Source: Eubacteriales bacterium
GTDB lineage: Bacteria; Bacillota; Clostridia; Oscillospirales; CAG-272
DNA length: 38,944 nt
NCBI GenBank assembly: GCA_045615165.1
Contig: JAZLEH010000172.1
Location: 1 to 38,944, forward strand
Reading direction: 5' to 3'
Positions 1 to 9,100 of the stretch are shown here, in pieces (position 1 is the first letter of the stretch; the number at the start of each line of letters is the position of its first letter). Position numbers and translations under genes: made by a program. The notes beneath the pieces are model-generated. The model had not been told where the DNA came from. It did not search any database and saw nothing but the letters and a program-made list of their open reading frames with translations.

Positions 1-73
1 AGCGTATTTCCTCGATAAGCTTCGGATTTTCCATAATCAGACTGACGATTTTCGATAAATCAGTTTCGGACAT
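1..73 (-). CDS. hypothetical small protein, 5' part only (runs off the window start)
   Basis: ATG at 73..71 with an AGGTGG Shine-Dalgarno about 5 nt upstream. It reads MSETDLSKIVSLIMENPKLIEEIR... with no stop to position 1. It is missing from the ORF track because it is truncated. No family recognised. Confidence 0.4.
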   Translation of the reverse strand, partial: MSETDLSKIVSLIMENPKLIEEIR

Positions 74-81
74 AATACCAC

Positions 82-303
82 CTAATTTTTGTTTTTATAG
101 TTGTTTATTATTCGCGCGGCGTCCATCATTCCGAGCTTCTCTGTCCCCATAAGCGCGCGCCTTATTTTTTCAATAGTTTCCTTTGACGGTGTGCCGAGCT
201 GAAGGTCGTAACCCTTCGCCCTTGCCATTTCGGTTATCGAAGCCCAAAGCTCCGCGTCGGATTTTTCTAAAAGTCGTTTAAGTTCATCTTTATTTATCTT
301 CAT
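82..303 (-). CDS. hypothetical small protein (73 aa)
   Basis: Track ORF. GGAGG Shine-Dalgarno (AGGAGGTTATTATG) directly upstream of ATG 303. Its stop is 8 nt from the next minus-strand start, so it is probably co-transcribed. No family recognised. Confidence 0.6.
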   Translation of the reverse strand: MKINKDELKRLLEKSDAELWASITEMARAKGYDLQLGTPSKETIEKIRRALMGTEKLGMMDAARIINNYKNKN

Positions 304-367
304 AATAACCTCCTATCCGTAGTCATTTTATGCTATGATCTAAAAAAAGTTACCGAAAGGAAAAAAT

Positions 368-853
368 ATGAAATGCCTCGTTTTCTCCGATTCGCACGGA
401 AATAACTCCTTGATTTCCCGCGCCCTTATGAAGCATCCGGATGCAGAGGTCGTCTTCTTTCTCGGCGACGGATTATCCGATATAAACGATCTTGCCTCAC
501 TTGATAATAAAAGGATGTGGATCGCGGTTAAGGGGAATTGCGATTTTTCGGGAATATTTATTGACAGGGTAGCCGATAAAACCGAGGAAATAACCCTTAT
601 GGGTAAGAAGATCGTTGCAACCCACGGCGATCTATACAATGCAAAATACGGAACTGAGGGGCTCGTATCGCTTGCGCACTCGCGCCGTGCGGATTTAGTC
701 CTCTTCGGTCACACGCATATCCGCCATGAGGAGTACGTGGACGGTGAGCATCCCTTCTATCTTTTTAATCCCGGATCTGCCTCCTCTCCGTCGTATAGCT
801 ACGGAATTCTGACTCTTGATGAAAAATATATTCTCCTTTCTCACGGATATTAA
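368..853 (+). CDS. YfcE/MJ0936-type metallophosphoesterase
   Basis: 161 aa. The calcineurin-like phosphoesterase motifs occur in order: FSDSHGN, FLGDG, KGNCD, ATHGD, FGHTH. The size fits the small YfcE subfamily. GAAAGGA Shine-Dalgarno upstream. Confidence 0.85.
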   Translation: MKCLVFSDSHGNNSLISRALMKHPDAEVVFFLGDGLSDINDLASLDNKRMWIAVKGNCDFSGIFIDRVADKTEEITLMGKKIVATHGDLYNAKYGTEGLVSLAHSRRADLVLFGHTHIRHEEYVDGEHPFYLFNPGSASSPSYSYGILTLDEKYILLSHGY

Positions 854-870
854 TAAATTCGTGCATTCTA

Positions 871-899
871 TTGAAATAAAAATATTATTATGCTATAAT
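871..899 (+). promoter_or_regulatory. sigmaA-type promoter for the ABC exporter / class-A GH20-like operon
   Basis: TTGAAA (871..876), 17-nt spacer, TATAAT (894..899), with a TGc extended -10. It lies 36 nt upstream of ATG 935. Confidence 0.55.
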
Positions 900-934
900 T
901 AAACTGTATTAATAGATTAAAGGGAGAATGATTT

Positions 935-2872
935 ATGCCAATGGAATTCGGCCCTCCGCCTATGCACCGCGAACGCCGTCGCCCCGAGCCTCGTCCGCGC
1001 GGAATCAAAAATTTAATACCGTATATGATAAAGCAGGTTAAAAGCTTTCTTTCAAGACTGTTTTACATAGTTTCGCTCGTGTGGGAAACCGCACCATCGA
1101 TCCTCTTCCTTATGGCACTTTTCTGCGTTCTTAACGGTGTTCTTCCCGTTATCGGCGCTTATATATCAAAGGAGCTTCTGAACGGAATCGCAGAGCTTAT
1201 CGGAGCTGATACCTCGGGTAGCCTTCGCGCCGATGTGTTTGAAACTCTTCGTCCGATACTCTTCCTTTTAACGCTTGAATTCATTTATCTTTTTGCAAAG
1301 CGTATCCTTGACAGGCTTAACGCGGGTGTGACTGCTATCGCGGGCGAGCTTGTCGTCAACCATATAAAGCTGAAGATAATCCGCAAGGCAAAGACCGTTG
1401 ACCTTTCCTCATTCGACCGCCCCGAGTTTTACGAAAAGCTTGAAAACGCCAACCGTGAAGCGGGTATGCGCCCGATAGGAATTCTCTCGGCGACCTTCAA
1501 CGTGATAAGCGCGCTTATCAGCGTTGCCTCGTTCATCGTCGTCCTTGCAACTCTCAGCCCACTCGCACCCATAATCATTATAATCACTGCGCTTCCCGGC
1601 GCGATAGTTAACTACGTATATAGGCACAGAAACTTCAGATATATGCGCCACCACTCCAAGGACAGACGAGAGATGAATTACTTCTCCGGACTTATGACGA
1701 ATAAGGACAGAGTTAAGGAGATCAAGGTTCTCGGACTTGGCGATACCTTTATTGAAAAGTACGAAAGCGCTTGGAAAAGATATTTCAAGGGGCTTAAGTC
1801 GCTCATCTTGCGTGAGAACGTGCTTCGCGTTCTCGTAAGCCTTCTTGCAACTCTTGCAAACTGCGCCCTCTTCGCCTACGTTGCGTACGATGTAGTATTC
1901 AATAACGGTATGATCGGTGACTACTCGCTTTATACGGGAGCGCTCAACTCGGTTGCATCCTACGTAACAACCCTCGTCGCATCCACCGCGACCATCTACG
2001 AGGGAACGCTCTTCATTGATAATATGATGGAGTTTATGAAGGAAGAGCCGAAGATCATCCCCTCCGTTGAAGAGCCCGCTATACCGGAGCGCGGCATCGA
2101 GCATACTATCGAATTCAAGGGCGTCGGCTTCTCATATCCCGGGTCGAGTGTTAAGGTTCTTAATAATATAAACCTTACCTTCAAGTCGGGTGAAAAGACG
2201 GTCCTCGTCGGACTTAACGGCGCGGGAAAGACGACCCTTCTGAAGCTTCTTATGCGACTTTACGATCCCACCGAAGGCTCAATACTCCTCGATGGCAGGG
2301 ATTTAAGAGAATACGATCCCGACTCGCTTTACGATATGTTCGGCACGGTCTTCCAGGACTTCGGAAGATACGCCGTCACTGCCTCTGAAAATATAGAGTT
2401 CGGAGATATAAAGAACACGCACGATCGCGCCCTCGTTGAGCGCGCCGCAAAAGCGGGTGATGCCGATCAGTTTATCGAAGCGCTCCCGAACGGCTACGAT
2501 ACCCCCTTGACGAGAATGTTTGAGGATAACGGAATCGAGCTTTCGGGCGGTCAGTGGCAGAAGCTCTCCGTTGCAAGAGCGTTCTATAAGAACTCTGATA
2601 TTTTGATCCTCGACGAGCCTACCGCATCTCTCGACGCTCTCGCAGAGCAGGAGATATTCGATCAGTTCGCAGAGCTCTCACGCGGAAAGATAAGCATCTT
2701 CGTTTCCCACCGCCTCTCAAGCGCGGTAACCGCGGATAAGATCATCGTTCTTAAGAACGGAATGGTCACTGAGGAGGGAAATCATAAGGAGCTTATGGAA
2801 AAGAGGGGAGATTACAGCCTCCTCTTCACGACTCAGGCGCACCACTACACGGGCGGCTCTGAAGTAAATTGA
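935..2872 (+). CDS. ABC transporter, fused permease/ATP-binding half-transporter (exporter type)
   Basis: 645 aa. The N-terminal half is hydrophobic and multi-helix. The C-terminal NBD has Walker A GLNGAGKTT, signature LSGGQWQK, Walker B ILILDEPTASLD and H-loop SHRL. GGGAGA Shine-Dalgarno upstream. Confidence 0.9.
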   Translation: MPMEFGPPPMHRERRRPEPRPRGIKNLIPYMIKQVKSFLSRLFYIVSLVWETAPSILFLMALFCVLNGVLPVIGAYISKELLNGIAELIGADTSGSLRADVFETLRPILFLLTLEFIYLFAKRILDRLNAGVTAIAGELVVNHIKLKIIRKAKTVDLSSFDRPEFYEKLENANREAGMRPIGILSATFNVISALISVASFIVVLATLSPLAPIIIIITALPGAIVNYVYRHRNFRYMRHHSKDRREMNYFSGLMTNKDRVKEIKVLGLGDTFIEKYESAWKRYFKGLKSLILRENVLRVLVSLLATLANCALFAYVAYDVVFNNGMIGDYSLYTGALNSVASYVTTLVASTATIYEGTLFIDNMMEFMKEEPKIIPSVEEPAIPERGIEHTIEFKGVGFSYPGSSVKVLNNINLTFKSGEKTVLVGLNGAGKTTLLKLLMRLYDPTEGSILLDGRDLREYDPDSLYDMFGTVFQDFGRYAVTASENIEFGDIKNTHDRALVERAAKAGDADQFIEALPNGYDTPLTRMFEDNGIELSGGQWQKLSVARAFYKNSDILILDEPTASLDALAEQEIFDQFAELSRGKISIFVSHRLSSAVTADKIIVLKNGMVTEEGNHKELMEKRGDYSLLFTTQAHHYTGGSEVN

Positions 2873-2907
2873 TTTTAATCAGACTATATTAAAATTAGGA
2901 GAATATT

Positions 2908-5118
2908 ATGTTTACTAAGATTACACCTATTCCCAAAAGCATTACAGGCGGCAGAAGAAAGCTTGCCATCGCATCTCTCGGCAAAGCTGATTTCAAGATC
3001 ACATCAAAGAAGCTTGACGGCACTCTTGCAAAGAATGCACTTACCGAGCTTTATAACGGACTCTCTCGCATAGTCGGCGTTCCCTGTGAATGCGCGGACG
3101 GTGCTTTGGAGATCAAGCTTGAAATTTCGGGCAGAGTTCCCGCAATGGTTGAAAAGAACGTTGATCAGGCGTATAAGATCGTTTCAAACAAGAACGGTAT
3201 CACCCTTACGGGTTACGGCGAAGCGGGCGCGTTTTATGCGGTAACGACCCTTCTTCAGACGATAACCGTTGAAAATAATATAGTATACGTTCCCGAAATG
3301 AAGATCGTCGACTATCCCGATCTCAGAACTCGCGGTCACTTCCTCGAAACCCGTTACGGCTCTAACCTTATGACCCTTGACGATTGGAAAGAGGTTATTG
3401 ACGATATGATTTCGATGAAGCATAATCAGCTTGTCGTTTCCCTTTACGGATGTTGGCAGATCCAGTACGACGGACTCATTACCGAGTACGTTTATATTCC
3501 GATCCCCAAGTATCCTCTCCTTAAGACCGACGTAGTAAAGAAATATTATTCTCCCAAAAAGGGCGGTTGGGTGAACGAGGTCGTCGAGGTTCCTATGGTA
3601 AAGGACGATTTCTTCGGTGATCTTATCGCTTACGGTAAGTCAAAGGGTGTTGAGGTTCTTCCTCTTTGGAATAGCTACGGTCATAACACCCTCATCCCGA
3701 GAATGTATCCCGAGACCGCTCCCATCGTTAACGGCGAGCCTCAGAAGGTCGGCTTCTGTGTTTCCTCTCCCAAAACCTACGAGCTTCTCTTCGATATTTA
3801 CGATCTCATCATCGATAAGTATCTTAATCCCAACGGCATTAAGTCATTCCACATCGGTCTTGACGAGGTATGGGATTCCCGCGCCGTTGACTTAGAAAAC
3901 CCCGATAAGCTTTATAGCCCCTGGTGTCAGTGCGAGGAGTGCGCAAAGCTCACAAATCAGGAAAAGACCATCAAGCACGCCTTGACTCTTATCTCTCACC
4001 TCAAATCGCGCGGAATGAAGAACATTTATCTCTATAACGACCTTCTTACGAGAATGTTTAAAGATCCCAGGATCTTCTATGAAAGACTTAAGGAAGCAGA
4101 CCTCCTTGACGTTGCGGTAGTTGACTGGTGGGGTTATACTGATATTGAAAAGAAATTCAACGAGGCAAACGTCGCTACCACGACCTTCCCCGAGCTTGGA
4201 ATCCGCTCGACCGTAAAGCCTTGGAACTCCTATTACCACTGGAACATCTCGCGTGACGCAGTAAATAATATCTTCCTTCTTACCAGAGTTGCAAACAGAG
4301 ATAAGAATACCGAGGGACTTATGTCCTATTCCGCTTGGGATAAGACCTGCGATATCAACCACGTCGCAATGGCTGACTACTCTTGGAGCTTCGCCCTCAC
4401 GGGTGAGACAGATGATTTCAGAGCGAATTACGCATACCGTAAGTTCCCAAGTCAGCCGAAGCAGGCAAAGCGCGCGTTTATGCTTTATAAGGAATTGACA
4501 AGCCAGGGAACAGACGGTAACGCTCTTCCTACTCCCGAGATGCCTTACGTTGCAAACGCAATGTTCATTAAGGATATTCTCGCATATTACGGATATTCTT
4601 ATTATCGTTACGAGCGCGATTACCCCCGTAATTTCCCCGGCGAAGCTATGCAGAAGATCTTTGAGCATCGCGCAATACTTGAGCCCAAGCTCCACGAGCT
4701 TTCCAAGCTTGCAAACGATACCTATAAGGCGTTTGAAAGCCTTAGAAACGATTTCAGCGGTGACTTTAAGCTCGCAAGACGCTATTCCGCAGAAGCTCGC
4801 AATAACCGTGATATAGTAGACGATTATATAGCTCTTCTCGAAATCGACGCTATCGTAAAGAGCGGTGATAAGGATGCCGCAAAGAAGGTAGCGAAGATCG
4901 CTTCCGTAAGACGCAAGTGCCGCCTTGAGCTTCTTGCCGAGATGGAGGACTTCAAGGAAGAGTATCTTCACGCATCTCACCTTCGTAATCAGTCGCTCTT
5001 TATGCAGGTATTCGCCGATATTGAGGCGTATGCAAAATCTACTCCCGCCGAAGAGTTCACTCTTGACGTTTGCGACCTTCGTAATATCGCAAGCGATATG
5101 ATGAACATTATGAGATAA
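2908..5118 (+). CDS. GH20-like (beta-N-acetylhexosaminidase-like) protein, class A, no signal peptide
   Basis: 736 aa with an AGGAGA Shine-Dalgarno. It has an N-terminal GH20b-like segment (GITLTGYGEAGAFYAVTTLLQ). A DYPDLRTRG...KHNQL entry into a TIM barrel follows, then FHIGLDEV, which matches the H-x-G-x-D-E catalytic pair pattern of GH20. The N-terminus is not hydrophobic. Confidence 0.65.
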   Translation: MFTKITPIPKSITGGRRKLAIASLGKADFKITSKKLDGTLAKNALTELYNGLSRIVGVPCECADGALEIKLEISGRVPAMVEKNVDQAYKIVSNKNGITLTGYGEAGAFYAVTTLLQTITVENNIVYVPEMKIVDYPDLRTRGHFLETRYGSNLMTLDDWKEVIDDMISMKHNQLVVSLYGCWQIQYDGLITEYVYIPIPKYPLLKTDVVKKYYSPKKGGWVNEVVEVPMVKDDFFGDLIAYGKSKGVEVLPLWNSYGHNTLIPRMYPETAPIVNGEPQKVGFCVSSPKTYELLFDIYDLIIDKYLNPNGIKSFHIGLDEVWDSRAVDLENPDKLYSPWCQCEECAKLTNQEKTIKHALTLISHLKSRGMKNIYLYNDLLTRMFKDPRIFYERLKEADLLDVAVVDWWGYTDIEKKFNEANVATTTFPELGIRSTVKPWNSYYHWNISRDAVNNIFLLTRVANRDKNTEGLMSYSAWDKTCDINHVAMADYSWSFALTGETDDFRANYAYRKFPSQPKQAKRAFMLYKELTSQGTDGNALPTPEMPYVANAMFIKDILAYYGYSYYRYERDYPRNFPGEAMQKIFEHRAILEPKLHELSKLANDTYKAFESLRNDFSGDFKLARRYSAEARNNRDIVDDYIALLEIDAIVKSGDKDAAKKVAKIASVRRKCRLELLAEMEDFKEEYLHASHLRNQSLFMQVFADIEAYAKSTPAEEFTLDVCDLRNIASDMMNIMR

Positions 5119-5129
5119 TTACACAAAAC

Positions 5130-5152
5130 AGCGCCTTCGTTTTGGAGGCGCT
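5130..5152 (+). terminator. possible weak terminator/attenuator hairpin between the two class-A paralogs
   Basis: AGCGCCTTC / GGAGGCGCT stem of about 9 bp including one G-U, with a GTTTT loop. The following T-tract is poor (TCGGTTT). Confidence 0.3.
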
Positions 5153-5189
5153 TCGGTTTAACTATTTAATATAACCTAGGAGAATCGTT

Positions 5190-7400
5190 ATGCTTACTAA
5201 AATCATACCCGTACCTAAAAATCTCACGGTTGGCAGAAAAAAGCTCTCTATCGGAAGGCTCGGCTTTGCTAATTTCAAAATAACCGCAAAGAAGCTTGAC
5301 GGCACTCTTGCAAAGAACGCTCTCGCAGAGCTTTACAAGGGGCTCTCCCTTGTTGTCGGAGCTCCTGCGGAGTCAGCAGAGGGCGAGGTCTCGATCAAGC
5401 TTGAAATATCATCGCGCGTTCCCGAATGCGTAGAGAGAAATACTGATCAGGCGTATAAGATCGTAGTAAATAAGAACGGCATCACCCTTACCGGCTACGG
5501 CGAGGCAGGCGTTTACTACGCGGTTACCACGCTTTTACAGACCGTTGAGGTTGTGAATAACGAGGTTTTAGTCCCCGAGATGAAGATGATCGACTATCCC
5601 GATCTCAGAACGCGCGGTCACTTTCTTGAAACTCGCTACGGCTCAAACCTTATGACTCTTGACGATTGGAAAGAAGTCATTGACAATATGGTGTCGATGA
5701 AGCATAATCAGCTTGCCGTTTCCCTCTATGGCTGTTGGCAGATGCAGTACGACGGAATAATTTCCGAGTACGTCTATATTCCTATCCCCCAATATCCTCT
5801 TTTAAAATCCGACGTAGTTAAGAAATACTATTCACCCAAAAAGGGCGGCTGGGTAAACGAGGTCGTAGAAGTTCCTATGGTAAAGGAAGATTTCTTCGGT
5901 GAGCTTATAGCTTACGGTAAGTCAAAGGGAGTTGAGGTGTTCCCGCTTTGGAATAGCTACGGTCACAACACCCTCATCCCGAGAATGTATCCCGAGGTCG
6001 CTCCCATAGTTGACGGCGAGCCTCAAAAGGTCGGATTCTGCGTTTCCTCACCCAAAACCTACGAGCTTCTTTTCAATATTTACGACTACATAATTGATAA
6101 GTATCTTAAACCGAACGGCATCGAGTCCTTCCACATTGGTCTTGATGAGGTGCGCGACGAGCGCGGCGTCGACCTTGACGCTCCCGACAAGCTTTACACC
6201 CCCTTGTGTCAGTGCCCTGAGTGCGCAAAGCTCTCAAAGCAGGAAAAGATGATAGGTCACGCAATAAAGCTTATCTCTTACCTCAAATCACGCGGAATGT
6301 AGAACGTTTATCTCTATAACGACCTGTTCACAAGAACCTTTAAAGAGCCTTATCCGTTCTATAACGCGCTTAAGGAAGCCGATCTTCTTGACGTTGCGGT
6401 AGCCGATTGGTGGTGTTATACGGATATCGAAAAGAGAATACCGCCCGTGTATAATTTCACGACCACCTTCCCCGAGCTTGGACTCCGCTCAACGGTTAAA
6501 CCTTGGAACTCTTATTTCCATTGGAGTACTGCGCGTGATGCGGTCAAAAACATCCATATACTTTCTACCTTCGCGAATAAATTCAATAACAACGAGGGTC
6601 TTATGTCATACTCGGGATGGGACACGACCTGCGATATCAACCACGTTGCAATGGCAGATTTCTCTTGGAGCTATTCGCTTTCCGGCGACCCCGACGATTT
6701 CCGCGAGAATTACGCATACCGTCTTTTCCCGAATAACAAAAAGCTTTCAAAGCGCGCGTTTATGCTTTATAAGGAATTGACAGGGCAGGGCACTGATGCA
6801 AACGCGCTTCCGACCCCCGAGATGCCTTTCGTCGCGAATGAAGCATTCGTCAAGGATATTCTCGAGTATTATAGATATAGCTACTATCGCTTTGGCAAGG
6901 ATTACCCCCGTAACTTCCCGGGCGAAGGCGTGCAGGCAATACTCGATAATCGTGATATCCTCGAGCCCAAGCTCCACGAGCTTTCCAAGCTTGCAAACGA
7001 TACCTATAAGGCGTTCGAGCTTCTCAGAAAAGATCTCAGCGGTAATTTCAAACTTGCTAGACGCTACTCCGCGGCGGCACGCAATTACCGTGATATCGTA
7101 GACGATTATATAGCTCTTCTTGAAATTGACGCAATTGTTAAGAGCGGTGATAAGGATGCCGCAAAGAAGGTTGCAAAGATCGCTTCCGTAAGGCGTAAAT
7201 GCCGCCTTGAGCTTCTTGCCGAAATGGAAGACTTTAAGGAAGAGTACCTTCACGCATCTCACCTTCGTAACCAGTCGATCTTTATGCAGCTGTTCGCCGA
7301 TATCGAGGCGTATGCAAAAACTGCTCCAAAAGAAGAGTTTACTCTTAATATTTGCGACCTTCGCAATATAGCAAGCGATATGATGAACAATATGAGATAA
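5190..7400 (+). pseudogene. class-A GH20-like paralog interrupted by one in-frame TAG (6300..6302)
   Basis: It is collinear with 2908..5118, with the same 2211-nt length and the same AGGAGA Shine-Dalgarno. The track ORFs 5190..6302 and 6447..7400 are in the same frame. The only disruption is TAG at 6300..6302. The paralog has AAG (Lys) at the same offset, 4018..4020. Confidence 0.75.
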
Positions 7401-7425
7401 GGGGCTATCGCCTTCCGACATAACC

Positions 7426-7470
7426 AAAAACAAGTGAGGTATGGATTCACTCCGTACCTCACTTGTTTTT
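7426..7470. terminator. bidirectional intrinsic terminator between convergent GH20-like genes
   Basis: Perfect 16-bp stem AAAAACAAGTGAGGTA / TACCTCACTTGTTTTT with a 13-nt loop. It has an A-tract on the left and a T-tract on the right, and sits between stop 7400 (+) and stop 7482 (-). Confidence 0.85.
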
Positions 7471-7481
7471 TTATCTATTCT

Positions 7482-8888
7482 TTATGTAATTTGGTCAACG
7501 ACCTGCTTTTTCGACCAGCCCGCCTTTTCGTAATCGCCGTTCGCGTTAAATACTCTGCGCAGAATGTGCGCCGCGTAAGTCGGGGAATATCCCTTTCTTG
7601 CCGCGAGATCCTCGTAAGCTCCGATCGCAACCATCGGTATAAGCCAAGTTCCGCGCGAAAGAGTGTGCCAGGTCGTGTGAATGAAGCCGTAAAGCCCCTC
7701 GTCCTTTACCGTCTTGACGCAGGCTTCTATAACCTTGCCATTCTCATCCCAAGGGCAGAGGAGAACGTCAAATCCCGCGTTCTTAAGCGTAAGTGCCGTT
7801 TCAACGGGTGCGTTTACTGCATCGTACTGCCAGTCTGCGATAATTATATCCTTGTCTAAGTGCTCAAGCATATAGCCTTCAATTTCGGGCGTGGGCGCTT
7901 TGCAGATGTATACGTTTTCGGGGTTATACGACTTGTGCTTGTGGATGAACATATCACCCCACGCGATAGCGCGCCTGCCCTGTGCCTTAAGCTCTGCGCT
8001 CGTCTCGTTTATGAAACCGCAAATGAAATCGAGCTCTTCCTTTGTATAGGTGAATCCGTCTGCCTCGTCGCATCCGATGAGGAAATATTTGCCCTCTCCG
8101 CAAAGCTCAATAAGCTCGTTTCGCACCGCGCGGAGAAGATTTCTGACCTTTTCCTTTTCGACAGCCCAGCACCAGCCGTTTTCGGAGAAATAGGTCGCAA
8201 GCGAAATGTTCTGATCAAGCACAACGTGCTTTCCGTACATTCCTCGTGATAAGGCGGCGTGACCCCAATGGTTAAACATCGGAATAATTTCAAGCCCAAG
8301 CTCGTGCGCCTCTTTTATGATCGGGCGGATCTCGTCCTTATTGTATGCATTCTTCCATCCAAGCTCACGCATACAATCGAACTGGAGCATTCCCCAGAAT
8401 TCTATAACAACGTGCGTGAACTTTAACGCCGCAGAGAAGCGCAAGAACTTTTGCAATTCCCAAAGCTCTGTCTCGGGAAAAACGCAGAAATGGATCATTC
8501 TGTTTTTGATCAGCGCCTCGTCCCTAATTTCGGCGCAATCTATCCTTATTGCGAGTCCTTCGCTATCGTCGATAGCCTTGAATCTGTCGAGCAGGGTCAC
8601 AAAGCCTGCAAGCAAGCTCTTTTCGTCCTTAGCGTTTATCGCAACTCCGCCCTCTTCAATATTTATCGTGTATTCCGCATCGTCGAGAGCGAGTGGCTTC
8701 GCATCGCCGATAATAAAGGCGCAGTCCTTGATCTCCTTAACTTCAAGAGTCGATGCTTGACAGGAGTAGTTATACCAAAACTCCTTTATTATTTCCTTGT
8801 TGACGCAGGCGTTAGCCATAGCGCATATTTCTTTTGAAAATACGAATGCGCCGTCCTTCTTAATAAGATTACGGGGATTGAAAACCAT
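7482..8888 (-). CDS. GH20-like protein, class B, no signal peptide
   Basis: 468 aa. After an N-terminal alpha/beta-like domain comes IRDEALIKNRMIHF...KFTHVVIEFWG, then NHWGHA and FLIGCDEADGF (G-x-D-E pair). AAAGGAA Shine-Dalgarno upstream. Confidence 0.6.
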   Translation of the reverse strand: MVFNPRNLIKKDGAFVFSKEICAMANACVNKEIIKEFWYNYSCQASTLEVKEIKDCAFIIGDAKPLALDDAEYTINIEEGGVAINAKDEKSLLAGFVTLLDRFKAIDDSEGLAIRIDCAEIRDEALIKNRMIHFCVFPETELWELQKFLRFSAALKFTHVVIEFWGMLQFDCMRELGWKNAYNKDEIRPIIKEAHELGLEIIPMFNHWGHAALSRGMYGKHVVLDQNISLATYFSENGWCWAVEKEKVRNLLRAVRNELIELCGEGKYFLIGCDEADGFTYTKEELDFICGFINETSAELKAQGRRAIAWGDMFIHKHKSYNPENVYICKAPTPEIEGYMLEHLDKDIIIADWQYDAVNAPVETALTLKNAGFDVLLCPWDENGKVIEACVKTVKDEGLYGFIHTTWHTLSRGTWLIPMVAIGAYEDLAARKGYSPTYAAHILRRVFNANGDYEKAGWSKKQVVDQIT

Positions 8889-8924
8889 ACGAAATATTCC
8901 TTTCGGCTTTATCTTACTACTTGA

Positions 8925-8953
8925 ATTATACTATTTCGTTTTAAAAAACACAA
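8925..8953 (-). promoter_or_regulatory. candidate sigmaA promoter for 7482..8888
   Basis: On the minus strand: TTGTGT (8953..8948), 17-nt spacer, TATAAT (8930..8925). Confidence 0.4.
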
Positions 8954-8998
8954 GCCACTATCAAAAAAATGATTGAAAAGTCATCTATATTGAACGAA

Positions 8999-9028
8999 AT
9001 CTCCCCCTCGATGCTTCGAGGGGGAGAT
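8999..9028 (-). terminator. GC-rich hairpin downstream of 9101..10510 (possible terminator between the class-B paralogs)
   Basis: Perfect 13-bp stem ATCTCCCCCTCGA / TCGAGGGGGAGAT with a 4-nt loop. The minus-strand downstream tract is only moderately T-rich (TTCGTTC). Confidence 0.45.
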
Positions 9029-9100
9029 AAAATCCTTGAATTCACGCGCTATGAGCGCGGCTTTTCAAACAGTCCGTCGGATAACGCTCGACGTGATAAG

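Noticed and set aside
3892-4980. Long antisense ORFs inside well-supported genes. Examples are 3892..4980(-), 1409..2104(-), 6747..7433(-), 14422..15090(+), 21961..22533(-), 24834..25997(-), 34275..35426(+) and 38094..38927(-).
   Set aside because: Each lies entirely opposite a gene with strong family motifs. All lack RBSs and give low-complexity or Arg/Ser/Leu-rich translations. Paralogous genes produce paralogous shadow ORFs, as expected from codon-bias artefacts.
6300-6302. Pyrrolysine decoding of the in-frame TAG that replaces a Lys codon
   Set aside because: It is tempting, because UAG sits where the paralog has Lys. But the window has no pylT/pylS/pylBCD genes, and a single AAG to TAG transition is the simplest explanation. 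It can be tested only with the whole genome.
7259-7859. Two ORFs on opposite strands starting MRYG(V/F)(N/T)PYLTCF (7259..7462 - and 7434..7859 +)
   Set aside because: Both start codons fall inside the palindromic bidirectional terminator (7426..7470). Their similar N-termini simply reflect the hairpin's symmetry.
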